Source: Macrostomum lignano (lineage: Eukaryota). From it: a stretch of 64,000 nt of DNA. This document shows positions 35,701 through 47,596 of the stretch, piece by piece; positions within the stretch are counted from its first letter, which is position 1, and each line of letters opens with the position of its first letter. Location: contig NIVC01001286.1 of NCBI GenBank assembly GCA_002269645.1, positions 118,793-182,792 on the forward strand. Reading direction: 5' to 3'. The notes under the pieces were generated by a model. That model did no database searches. It was not told where the DNA came from and saw only the letters and a program-made list of their open reading frames with translations. A program made the position numbers and the translations under genes.

Positions 35701-38700
35701 GGATTTTAGTGGGTTTCATGGGATTTATTATGGGATTTATTGATGAGGATTTTAGTAGGTTTCATGAGATTTATCATGCGATTTATTGAGGAAGATTTTA
35801 GTGGGTTTCATGAGATTTATCATGGGATTTATTGGTGAGGATTTTAGTGGGTTTCATGGGATTTATCATGGGGATTATTGATGAAGATTTTAGTGGGTTT
35901 CATAAGATTTATCATGGGATTTATTGGTGAGGATTTTAGTGGGTTTCATGGGATTTATCATGGGATTATTGATGAAGATTTTAGTGGGTTTCATGGGATT
36001 TATCATGAGGGTTTTAGTGGGTTTCATGGGATTTATCACAGTGATTTTTGATGGGGAGTTTGCGGAAGCATTGATGGGGAGTTTATGGGATTCTTGATGG
36101 GGAGTTTATTGGATTCTTGGTGGGATATATTCTTGATGGGGATTTCAGGGGTTTCTTTATAAGGATTCTTGAGAGAATTTTAGGGGAATTATTTAAGAGC
36201 GATTTTTGGGATTCTTGGTTAAAGATTTTATGGGATTTTTGGCATGGATTTTGGGTTTGTTGATGGGGATTGGGGACTCAGGACCTCAGGAGGGGTTCTC
36301 GATTTAGGAGCATAATACTATGAAACAGATCAATCCACATTAACAAGCTAGTTGCTATGAACGTCCTTACCTCGATAATTTGCTTGAGAATTTCACGAAA
36401 CTTGAATGTCAAAGCATCCACTTTCTTCTTTAACAGACTGTGACCTTTCTGTGCCCCTTGAAGGCGACCTTTCATCAAAGTGTGCGCCCTGTTAAATGAG
36501 AAAGCAATGATTTAAAAACAATCTTTACTTCTCACAGTATTGGTTGGATCTTTCCCAGAAAATTTGGTAAAACAATATATTTATGCCATTGGAGCAACTA
36601 CAATGCTTCCAATCAAAATGGAAATCATAATGTAACATTGTTAGAAAATTTTAAAAGAAAACTTTTTATGCTAAGTTGTAGGTTTTTTCTAGGCTTTTGG
36701 ATTTTTTCATAGTCCATTTCTTTTAGTAAAATTTTAGTAAATGGTTTAGATATTGCATTTAAAAACATAACATGTTTAAATATTTGCAAAAGAGACAGTT
36801 AATTAAAGATTAAAGACATAGGAAAAATGGTGATTGTAGTTTTCTTTATGTCACTCTATCTATAGGAAAATGTGCCATTTTTACAATTAGCCAATAGTGA
36901 CACTTTTTTGAAAGAAATAGTGTAATATGGCCTCATTTGGCTCAAAGTAGCATTAGGATACATTGATATAAATGATTATATGGCCTTGGCTGTTCATGGG
37001 GCTTATATATTTTATATCATACAGATAGGGGGCCAATGCTAAAATGAACTGGTTTGTGTACACTGCCAAACCCCTGGCTTAGGCCTACCTCCCTCCCTCA
37101 GGAGGGTTTTTATGCCTGCGGGCTAGCTGAGTTTGTGTCTTGCTAAGCACTTGAAAAAATTTTTGGACTCATAAGTCATGTCACACAGCCCAATGACTAT
37201 AAAGGAGCTGTGGACTGCCTTGCGTGCAAGAGGCCTGCATACTGCTGGAAACAAACACACCTTGTAGGAAACTCCAACAGGCGGAGGGCGGAGACACGAG
37301 ACTCAGCAGAAGTCCAATCAGCATCAATCTCTGGACTCATTGATGATTGTGACAGCAGCGATCATCCAAGGAGGTGGAAGCTTAGCAAGATGTCTTAAGA
37401 GGATAAGAAGGCGGCAGGAGACTCATGGGACTGACGACCTGGACTAGGAGCTGCTGGAAGCAGAGAAGCAGCTGCACCTGCTGATGATTTGCAATGATCA
37501 AGCGCACATGGAAGCTAAGATCCAGCAGCTAGCCAGCCAAGTTGATGAGCAACTGTGGTGACCACTAAATGTTGCGGTACCTAGTGAGTACTCATGCTTT
37601 GAGGACTTGGTGTTGGGACCCACAACTGGAGGGGCAAATGAGGTGGGTGCAGCAGCCAGGACAGTAGCATCTGAGCATGTATCGGGTGCTAGACTTTATC
37701 AGCACTCAGAAGCAGCTGTCACAAATCACAAATCAAGCTAGGCAGAGAAGCAGTTCATTCTAGACAGTCTGTCTGTTGGTGACTGGATTATTAGGAATGC
37801 AAATGCACTGATGCAGATGCTGAAGGATGGCAGGCTTCTGGTTCTCAGAGATGGCGCCATTAACATATCTGAGTTGCTTGAGTACCTGAAGCACATAGCC
37901 AAGATCGGCAACCTCCTTGACCTCAATTTCAACCGCAGTCGCGTGTTGCGCTACGATGACGAGTTCAGGATACAGCAGGCAGGTGCCAGCGCCTGGGACA
38001 GCTCGGTGACTGACCTTGGACTAATGGCGTTGCACTTGATGACACTGGGTCTGCAGCGGCAGGCTGGTGCTGCAGCTAGGCCAGCACCAAAGCAAACAGT
38101 CTGCTTTGACTACAACAGACTATCCGGCTGCCACTGCAATCTGTGCTGGTTCACGCACTGTTGTCTATGCTGCGGCCAGGCAAACTTGGAGGCCACCTTC
38201 CATGGATTGGATAAAGGGTGGCTCGATGGCAAAAAACTAATGGGTGGGGTTCAGCAGCAGGGGTCTCTTAACATTGAGTTGCCTACCCCTGCTGCTGCTT
38301 TTGATGAAGCCATCATAAGGGCAACTCAGGCGGAACCTTCCCTACCAACTTGCACTTTGAAGCTTGGCATTTGGACCTAGCCAACACCAAGATGCCAGCG
38401 GAGCTCATGCAGTTTGTTCTCTCTAGTATGAAGGAGGGTTTCAACATTAGGAATATCAGTTGCACCATTGACACTATTGAGCAAGATAACTATGGATCTA
38501 TTAGTCAGCACTGTGCCCATACATGTGCAACAGTTGGCTGAGTCGGCCGAAAATGCCCACCCGAAAAAACACCCAAGTAGTAAAACTAAGTAGCTGACGA
38601 GGCATTTTGGCTTAATAAGACAGTTATAAATACTCCTGCCATTTACCCAAAGTTGGGTTAATTTTGCTTTAGGGTTTTTTTACCTATAAGTTGCATTTTA

Positions 38701-41700
38701 GGCAAAAAACTATGTCGCATTTTTGTTGAAACTAAGTCGCATGGCCAAATGAATTTTGGAGGTTGCGCGTGTATGACTGTGCCAGTGTTCAGGCTCAAGT
38801 TTATGAAGAGCTGTAGATGGGCAGATATTGTGTTTGTGTAAAGCCAGTGATTGTGAGGGCCCTAGGCACCATTCCCAAGTTGGGTGGAGGCATATAGCTT
38901 ATTCATGACTACAGCCAGCCTGAAGGTCGCGTGGTCAATATGTTTGTTTGCCAATGGAAGCTTTGGTTTTCTTTGGCATGACTCGGCTAGTTTTGACTGG
39001 TGCTACCTGAAGTGGGATGTTGATGCTGGCGGCGTCTTCAGCAAGTGCTAAATCAGCTACAAGGAGGCTGCTGCAGTCCTGTTGGCCTTGCTGCGCTGGC
39101 GCTATCAGCTGCACAACTGCCAGACAATTGCCAGGTTGCTGTCTATTGCAACAATGCTGCCACCTGCGCAATCATCAACAAGGGGTCTTCCAGGGAGTTC
39201 CAGTTACTGCAGCTACTGCAAACTGTTGCTTTGTTTTGCTTGAAGCAGAATGTGATTATTACTGCCTATCATGTGCCTGGCCAGTTCTCGCTATTTGCTG
39301 ACACAGCTTTATATCTGCACTGCAGTTATGAATTGCTGATATTTGTGTTGTAAGCCTATGCAACATTTTGTGTTAGCCTACAAGCCTACTGCTAGTCATG
39401 TGCTCAGCCTTCTTATCAATGTCTTTCTCCCTTTTGCAGGTCGCCTTCCTAAGTCTCTCGAAGATGCCACCAAGCTTTTCCAGCAGGCCTATGCCTTATC
39501 ATCCAAGAAGTTGCAATCATCTACCATCTGAGTGGCAGCTCAACCTGCTCTGCTACTGGGCAAAGGACCTCGTGAATTACGTTGCCCGACTCATAGATGG
39601 CCAGCTTAGCTCCTTTGGCAGAATCCGGGTGCACATTAGCATTTTCTCTATTAACTTCTAGCTGGCAGGGGTGCCAGATCTGACCAAGCATTCATTGCTG
39701 CACCTGGTGCTGTAGTTAGCCAGGTGCAAGCTTGGGACAGAGCCAAGCTGCAAGCTGTCTATGTCTCCCAAGTTTTTAACAAGGCTGCGCCACTAAGCTG
39801 ACTGCTTGAACCTAGCCCAAGCTGCCTGCTGGGTTGTAGTCATGTGCACCTAGTAGGGCATGTTTAGGAAGTCTAGCCTATTGCCTGTTGGGCACATTGA
39901 TCTTTTTCTGCTATAGCTTAGTTCTTAGTTGGAGTGTAAGGTTGGTCTGCTTTTGCTATCCAGCTATAGGAAAGCAACGAGTTTGACAGGAGCCATAGGG
40001 TACTGCTGCTGCTGCAGCTGATGCCCAGTCACCCACTCTGTCCTGTTGCGGCACTGCAAGATCATCTTTGTTGCAATCATTGAAGCTATTGCAGCAGGGC
40101 CTATTCCCCATCTCAGGCAGTTTAGCCAGTAGTGCATCTCTGATTTCTCAGATATTGAATGTATAGTTTAAATGCCAGCTCAATAAGGTGGCATCAGTGT
40201 GGCAGGCTACTCCGTGCACAGCTTGTGGAAGGGTGCAGCTACTTAGGTGACACATTTTAGTTTGTCAGTTAATCTAGAGTGCAGGCAACTGGGGCAGCAA
40301 TGCAGTGAACTAATATTTGTTGCCTGGCGATGCAGCTTTCAGTGTCGCTTGGAAACTAGTAGTTGCTTTGCTTTTTAGGTGCTGATCACCTTTGCCCTTT
40401 TGCCTTTTGCACATTCCTTTAGCATCTGCTTTTGTTTAGTATTGGGGGCTCTATTGCCAGGCTCTCTCACCTTGTCTGCTTGCCAGCTCTGTGTCTTATG
40501 TGTCCTTTGGGGAGGGGGCAGTGTGCACTAATGAACTGGTTTGGGCTGCTAGCACTAACAGGTGTTTGTGTACACAAAAAGGTTTTTAGCAAATCATCTA
40601 ATATTCATATAATAACAACCCAAATTTAAGCTAGAAAAATTGGCATTCTTTTGTCTTACAATGCCTGCTATGCATTTCAATGGGATGGCCCCCATTCGTT
40701 TTACGATGCCCATAGAAAGCATATGGCATAGGCATGATGCTGTAGTTTCTGTATAATTTTCATTTTATGGCTATACACGTATTTTGTATTATGTATACTT
40801 GATAGATTATTGTTCATTAATGAAAGGCAAGCTATATATTCTGTTTCATTTTACGATGCCTTTGGTGTAATTCAGTCCATTATGGGCATTGCAAAACAAA
40901 AGTGAGAGGGTTACTTTGGGTCCTTAAATTGGTTTACCGCTTTTGTCTCCTCTTTTTTATCAATTCACAAGACTCTTCATGTAATGTATGAGTTTGAGTC
41001 CGAGAGTACCGCTGTAATATCCATTTCATTTTGCGATGCCCCAGACGTTGTAATTATTCATAAGGCATCATAAAACGAAACGGATTATAATGCCATGTAT
41101 ATAACTTTTGCCGATCGGTTTTTACCGACGCTAAACCAACGTTAAAATGTACATAGAGGGAGTGGGGTGGCTGCACACTGGACGACAAACGGAATGGGGT
41201 GGTGGACAGGGAATCCCCAAGGCCACTCAAAGCGCCTACCAATGATCAAGCAAGGCAAACTGATGACTCACTCAACACTCCCTAGTAGATCTGTCTCTGT
41301 CCAACATACTGTTCCTATTTAAATACATTGCCGACGTAAACTTTTGCCGAAGCTAACTTAATTTTCCCATTTAAATACATTGCCAACGTAAACTTTTGCC
41401 GAAGCTAACTTAATTTTCCCATTTAAATACATTGCCGACGTAAACTTTTGCCGAAGCTAACTTAATTTTCCCATTTAAATACATTGCCAACGTAAACTTT
41501 TGCCGAAGCTAACTTAATTTTCCCATTTAAATACATTGCCGACGTAAACTTTTGCCGAAGCTAACTTAATTTTCCCATTTAAATACATTGCCAATGTAAA
41601 CTTTTGCTGACGCTAACTTAATTTTCCCATTTAAATACATTGCCGACGTAAACTTTTGCCGAAGCTAACTTAATTTTCCCATTTAAATACATTGCCAACG

Positions 41701-43716
41701 TAAACTTATGCCGACGCTAACTTAATTTTCCCATTTAAATACATTGCCGACATAAACTTTTGCCGACGCTAACTTAATTTTCCCATTTAAATACATTGCC
41801 GACGTAAACTTTTGAGACTCTCATGCACTAACGAGAAGGGACTCCATCAGTCTGCAGACGAATTAAGGATTTTTTATTAACTGTACTAGAAATGGGCGAT
41901 TTAGGGACTACATGTATATGCGAGGCATGCAAGTACGTACACACAGTCATAGTCAGTTCTGGAAACGAGGACTTTGCACAGGACTTTGTTGTCAGGCTGC
42001 GGTTGTCCAGGAAGAGTGGGAAGTGGATTACTGGCACCCTGCTACTTGACGACAATGCCCCCAGCTCAACCACTATGTTAATCCTGTATCCTCTTCCGTC
42101 ATCCAGCCAATTCTCACCAGACCTGGCACCCTCCAATTTTTATAATTACATGCTGCTCTGTCAACTTAAATTATATACACTGTATGTGCAGTATAGAAGC
42201 GGCCGCGCATGACCCCATTTCGAGTCTAACGAAGAGTAGTACATAGGTCTCTATAACCCTTAACCCCTCGCCAACCAGTGGCTGGAGAATCAAAGAATTG
42301 GCTGGATGATGGAAGAGGATACAGGATTAACATAGTGGTTGAGCTGGGGGCATTGTTGTCAAGTAGCAGGGTGCCAGTAATCTACTTCCCACTCTTCCTG
42401 GACAACCGCAGCCTGACAACAAAGTCCTGTGCAAAGTCCTCGTTTCCAGAACTGACTATGACTGTGTGTACGTACTTACATGCCTCGCATATACATGTAG
42501 TCCCTAAATTGGCCATTTCTAGTACAGTTAATAAAAAATCCTTAATTCGTCTGCAGACTGATGGAGTCCCTTCTCGTTAGTGCATGAGAGTCTCAAAAGT
42601 TTACGTTGGCAATGTATTTAAATGGGAAAATTAAGTTAGCTTCGGCAAAAGTTTACGTCGGCAATGTATTTAAATGGGAAAATTAAGTTAGCTTCGGCAA
42701 AAGTTTACGTCGGCAATGTATTTAAATGGGAAAATTAAGTTAGCTTTGGCAAAAGTTTACGTCGGCAATGTATTTAAATAGGAAAACTAAGTTAGCGTCG
42801 GCAAAAGTTTACGTCGGCAATGTATTTAAATGGGAAAATTAAGTTAGCTTTGGCAAAAGTTTACGTCGGCAATGTATTTAAATAGGAACAGTATGTTGGA
42901 CAGAGACAGATCTACTGGGGAGTGTCGAGTGAGTCATCAGTTTGCCTTGCTTGATCATTGGTAGGCGCTTTGAGTGGCCTTGGGGATTCCCTGTCCGCCA
43001 CCCCATTCCGTTTGTCGTCCAATGTGCAGCCACCCCACTCCCTCTATGTACATTTTAACGTCGGTTTAGTGTCGGTAAAAACCGATCGGCAAAAGTTATA
43101 TACATATAATGCCAATGGCTTGATAGCTTCAGTTGCTAATGAGGGCGGACACAATGTTAAAGCATGTGAGTCGTGACATTTCTGTGGAAATACAGTTAGA
43201 AGTACAAACCAACTGTGTGACTGAATTTAAGACCTCTGAAACACTGCTCTCTTCCGTCGTAAAGTATACATTTTTAAACCCTTCTTGCTTATTTAACATG
43301 GGCATCGTAAGACGAAACAGATACAATTTTGGGCATTGTAAGACAAAAGAATGCTGAAAAATCTAGAATATCTTATATGATCAATGTCAATGACGGCAAA
43401 GGACCCTTCAATCAAGAAAAACTGAAAGAAGACTTAAAAGGGTAAATTTATTATTATAAACTTTAAATGATCAATTATAATTAATGAATTAAAAAATATT
43501 GTTGCAATATATAATTATCAATTTTAAGAACAATTTTATAAATTACTAACAAATATATACAAAATCTGTTAAACTTAACTAATGGAACTAAGAAACTTAG
43601 ACCCAATAGTAGGTCTATTAAAAAAGAGACAAGATATGAGATGCAACTTGCAAGAGCTTAATTTCATTGTATACTTACATTCGCGAAGGGAAAACATTGA
43701 TTCGATCCTTAGACAT
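32730..43716 (-). CDS. ATP6V1D: V-type proton ATPase subunit D, 247 aa. Exons 43679-43716, 36371-36488, 33740-34072, 32730-32984
   Basis: [137 protein letters not shown]. Canonical splice sites; 744 nt total. Confidence 0.97.
33055..33670. repeat. Inverted copy of the same family (ATTATCCCACCTGAGGATCTG)
   Basis: In ATP6V1D intron 3. Confidence 0.85.
34090..36040. repeat. ~46-bp minisatellite (GGGATTTATTGATGAGGATTTTAGTGGGCTTCATGAGATTTACCAT)
   Basis: About 42 units filling ATP6V1D intron 2; degenerate tail to ~36280. Confidence 0.96.
37040..40575 (+). mobile_element. Degenerate, internally deleted Ngaro/DIRS tyrosine-recombinase retrotransposon in ATP6V1D intron 1 (antisense to host)
   Basis: gag-like [21 protein letters not shown] (37950-38170); RT N-terminus [27 protein letters not shown] (38840-38930); DIRS RNase [30 protein letters not shown] (39130-39300); YR motifs LCPVAAL and [17 protein letters not shown] (40030-40310). 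Short repeat AATGAACTGGTTTG near both ends. RT YxDD core not seen; many stops. Confidence 0.85.
38518..38775. mobile_element. 258-bp MITE (8-bp TSD, hAT-like) inserted in the Ngaro RT; carries a 28S-rRNA-like core
   Basis: TSD ACTGTGCC at 38510-38517 and 38776-38783; TIRs CATACATGTGCAAC / GTTGCGCGTGTATG (12/14, mismatches at CpG). Confidence 0.85.
40641..43356. mobile_element. Older TIR DNA element hosting the foldback insertion
   Basis: Inverted ends GCATTCTTTTGTCTTACAATGCC (~40643) / GGCATTGTAAGACAAAAGAATGC (~43354); subterminal TTTTACGATGCC-type repeats; possible AAAAAT TSD. Confidence 0.6.
41096..43104. mobile_element. 2.0-kb Foldback/Mutator-like non-autonomous palindromic element
   Basis: 10-bp TSD TATAATGCCA (41086-41095, 43105-43114); termini TGTATATAACTTTTGCCG / CGGCAAAAGTTATATACA; near-perfect inverted arms (~41096-42137 and ~42278-43104) each holding tandem ~54-bp units; ~140-bp spacer. 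Confidence 0.88.
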
Positions 43717-44949
43717 TGTAGTTTTTTTTGTTCAATTATGTCGCACAAATATTTTTAATTTGCGGCGTAAAAGAAAATGAACTGCTTAGCTAACCCTGCC
43801 AAAACTGCCAAAGCCAATCCAGATATTTCTTATTTCGTGTATTTTAGCTTGTTAAATCGGTGCTTGGTGTTTATTATAAGCGTATAACAATTTTAACTAT
43901 AGGTATTTGCAACGAAACAACAGTTTTTTAAATTCAACAAAAAATCTTTAAAAAGACATTTACTTTCAAAATAGCATATGTTTAGGCTCTGATTCTTGTC
44001 TCAGAACTGAAATTTTGATCTAGTTAATTGTGTACACACGTACACGTACCTTGTTCATAACAGGATCCTGTAAAAAATAATTTAATTTAAAATTTTTAAG
44101 AATTTAGTTCTAAGAAAGAACTCTGGCCTTAATACAATGGTGTGTCTTGCAGTTGCAGCAGCAGCTTTGCTTGTGTTTGTAAAGTAGCTGAGGCTAGAGA
44201 AGAGTCGAAGACAAGGAAGATGACCATGATCATGAAGTCAGACTGAATCTATTGTATCAAGTCAGGCCTATCAATTTAGAATAATCTAGATCTATATACT
44301 ATACAAATTTATATAATACCTAAAAAAATTTAAGGTAGCCTAAGACCTTCTCCATAGTGAGTTTAGGCGGGGTAGACACAAAATTTGGTTTAATTTGTTT
44401 GAGCTTGAGCAGTTTTGGAGCCCATTTGTACACAGACAGAGTTTCATTTTATGGGTAGGGATTTTGGCAGTTGTTATTTGTAAATATGTGACCATATAAA
44501 AAGCAAAACTGTTATTTTTAGTCAATATAAGGTTATGAGTCTAAGACACTATCTGGGCCTAGTGTCTTTACGTAATGTAACTGTATAAATGGCAAAACTA
44601 TTAGGGGGGGCTATTTTATAGTCACTGGGTGTAGGAAACACAAGGGCTATTTTTATAGTCAGAGCAAAAATTTCATTTAAATTATAGTATGATAACTAGC
44701 ACAATTGCTCTCCATTAGGGGGCCCGATCGCAATTCTATTTATCGTTTTACCTCCTGCATGAATTCCTTATGACTATGAGAGAATATAATTCATAAAAAC
44801 AGTTGCAATTGTCTCTTGAATCATTTAATTCTGCTTGGTCAATTAGGTTCCCATTGGCATTGTATCAAGCATTCTCCTATTTAGTTAATAAGTATTTTGT
44901 TTTGTCTAAAATTTGCCTTGGCAATATTAATATAAAATAAGAAATATTT

Positions 44950-45230
44950 TATGTCTGATATCACACTTCTTTTATGTCTGACATGGTGCTGATTTTATGT
45001 CTGACATGAGGCTTATTTTATGCTTGACATGACACTCATTTTATATTCGACATAATGCTTACTTTATGCCTACCATGGCACATATTTAATAATGCCTAAC
45101 ATAACACTCATTTTATGCTTGACATGACACTGATTTTTTTGCCTGACATGATGCTTTTTTTATGCCTGACATGACACATGATTTTTTGTCTAACATGATG
45201 CTTCCTATGCATACTATATCATATAATGTT
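44950..45230. repeat. Degenerate ~25-bp repeat (TTTTATGYCTGACATGAYRC)
   Basis: Decayed tandem units in an AT-rich region. Confidence 0.65.
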
Positions 45231-47318
45231 CTTGTTGATTTATGTATGATATATTGTTTTTTATTTTTTATATGAGTACATGATGTTTCTTTTAACCTTT
45301 ATGCAACAAACCAAAAAATGTATCACACCTTTTGCCGACAGCTAGCTGGCATGATTTTGTGCCAAGTGCATAAGTGTCAGAACTTCTAACCCCTATTCCA
45401 GAAGGCAGCTAGCTCCACAAATATACCTATATGTAATAAAGCTGCTTAACCAAAAGATAATTTGTCTATGGCTGGGGACCTAATGCTATGACTGCATGTC
45501 TTTCATTCATAAGAAAACCTTACAGGGAAATATGGAAAAGGAACTATTTGGGACCATAGATATTTATTAAAATCACTGTCCTGCTTATAATAGTTTTGCC
45601 AAGGACCTGCTTCACTATAATCTATGATCATTGCCATAGAAAGTGTCACCTAACCTATAGGAAAATAAGCAGCTTTCCAACAAAAACGGATATGGCACAT
45701 TTTTGAGCCATGTCAGTTGGCAACAAGGGTATTGAATTCTGCAATCTATGATTGCCCTAGACACTAGGATTCGGTTCCATCAATAACTATGATTACTTTA
45801 TGGCACAAAATCGTGCCATCCATCTTCTGCCAGTTAAAGTTCTTTTTAGGCCTAGTTATCTTAATGTTAAAAAGTTAAAATAAAAAAACCTAACACTCTG
45901 AAAATTTAAACCCACATAGCTACATTAGCAGTTTAGCCTGGTTACCTCTAGGCTAGCTCTCATTGTTTTGACATCATGAATTTGTAGCACTTATTGAACC
46001 CATACTAAGTTAGTTATGACATAATCAATTTCTTAGACAAGTCAGCACCAGTCTCTATTGAGTTACGCAATCTAAATCAAGTCTGGTGCTATGCTTTTAC
46101 ACTGTGTTTTCAACATAATGATACAATTCAATTCAGCATCCAATTCAACTAGTATATAGACACTAAATAAAAAGCCTAATGTGGTGCAATTGCCACAAAA
46201 TTAGAAATTTTACAGAATTTCAGAATCAGAATTTGCCAGTGAGTTTTTTCTTCATCATTCTTATGAAGCATTTCAAGTTGAAAAAATCTGCTTGAACTTT
46301 GCAAAAAAGCATGTTTTTAAAATATTTAATCTTTTTAAAATAGAGCAAGCTCTTAGCCAAGAGAACTGTACCACTTTGCTAGAATTTCTGATCAAATGGT
46401 GCAAGTTTGAAAAAAACAGTTAGATAAATTCTTTTAAAATCAATTATATATATATAAATACAAGGCCAACTCCTCCATTGGTGGAGTAAGGGGAAGAACT
46501 CCCATCGCCAGAATTTCATTTTCTAAAATCCATCAGCTGAATCCAATGACATGAATCCCATTGTCCAAATCCTCTCCAAATCCTCTATTAAGCTTCCAAA
46601 AACCATGTTGTTTTACCTGTTTGCAAAAACTGACTGCCTGCCATCATCCAGACTGACTCTCGCCTGTCTCCTCTCTCCTCTGCTCTCTCATCTTTAATCT
46701 CTCCTATCTCCTCTCTGCTCTCATCTCCTCACTTATCTATCATTTCTCATCTCATCTCTCATCTCTCATCTCTACTCTCTTATCTCTCCTCTCTGCACTC
46801 TCATATTTACTCTCTTCTTTCTCCTCACTACTTTCTCCTCTACTTTTTCCTCTCTCCTCTCTCCTCTTTTATCTCTTCTCTCTTCTCTCTCCTCTCCTTT
46901 ATCTCCTCTCTGCTCACTCATCTCTCTACTTTCTCCCCTCTCCTCTTTCCCTTATAATCTCACTTCTCTCTCCTCTCTCTCCCCTCATCTCTACTCATTT
47001 ATCTCTTCTCTCTCGTCTTTCAGCTCTACTCCCTCCTGTCTCTTCTTTCTCATCTCTTACCCCCTCTCTTCTCTCCTCTCAATTACCTCATCTCTTCTCT
47101 TGCCTTTATTCTCTTTTTTTCTTTTCTCTAATCTGTCCCTTTTAATTCTCTCTGTTCATGTTCTCTTTCATCTAATCTTTTATCTTCTCTTTCCTTTTCT
47201 CTTTTCTCTATTCCATTTCATTTAGCCATTTCATCCTCTCCATGAAACAGATATCATCAAAATCCTTCCCATTAAACTACAATCCATCATATATCATCTC
47301 CTTCAAGCTACAATCCAT

Positions 47319-47596
47319 CCTGATTGCAGCGCATGGGCATTTTGGCGGACAGCGTCCGGCGTGGATCTAATATGGCGCGGCGCGGCGCGTACGGCGAGCA
47401 GCGATTAGTACGGCGCGGCGCGGTACTAATTAGATGCCGAGGCATTTAGGCTTGATAAGACAGTCATAGTTACTCCTGCCGTTTACCCAAACTGCGTTAA
47501 TTTTGCTTTAGGGTTTCTTTCACAGGTAAGTCATTTCACAGTGTGGCGCAGGTTGTGTAGGCGTCTGGCGTACTTAAGCCATGCGCTGCAATAGGG
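47319..47596. mobile_element. 278-bp MITE (8-bp TSD) carrying a 28S-rRNA-like core
   Basis: TSD CAATCCAT at 47311-47318 and 47597-47604; TIRs CCTGATTGCAGCGCATGG / CCATGCGCTGCAATAGGG (16/18). CpG-rich within an otherwise CpG-poor region. Confidence 0.85.
47424..47488 (-). other. Diverged 28S rRNA fragment (helices ~69-71, R2 target region); not an rRNA gene
   Basis: Minus strand GGGTAAACGGCAGGAGTAACTATGACTGTCTTATCAAGCCTAAATGCCTCGGCATCTAATTAGT vs conserved 28S GGGTAAACGGCGGGAGTAACTATGACTCTCTTAAGGTAGCCAAATGCCTCGTCATCTAATTAGT (28S recalled from memory). A second, more decayed copy is at ~38585-38648. Confidence 0.85.

Noticed and set aside
41828-42580. Paired ~100-aa ORFs in the foldback arms as a transposase or captured gene
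   Set aside because: They start from non-ATG codons, show no recognisable motif, and are identical only because the arms are inverted repeats.
38585-47488. Functional rRNA gene
   Set aside because: Only ~65-nt fragments with substitutions in invariant positions, embedded in MITEs.
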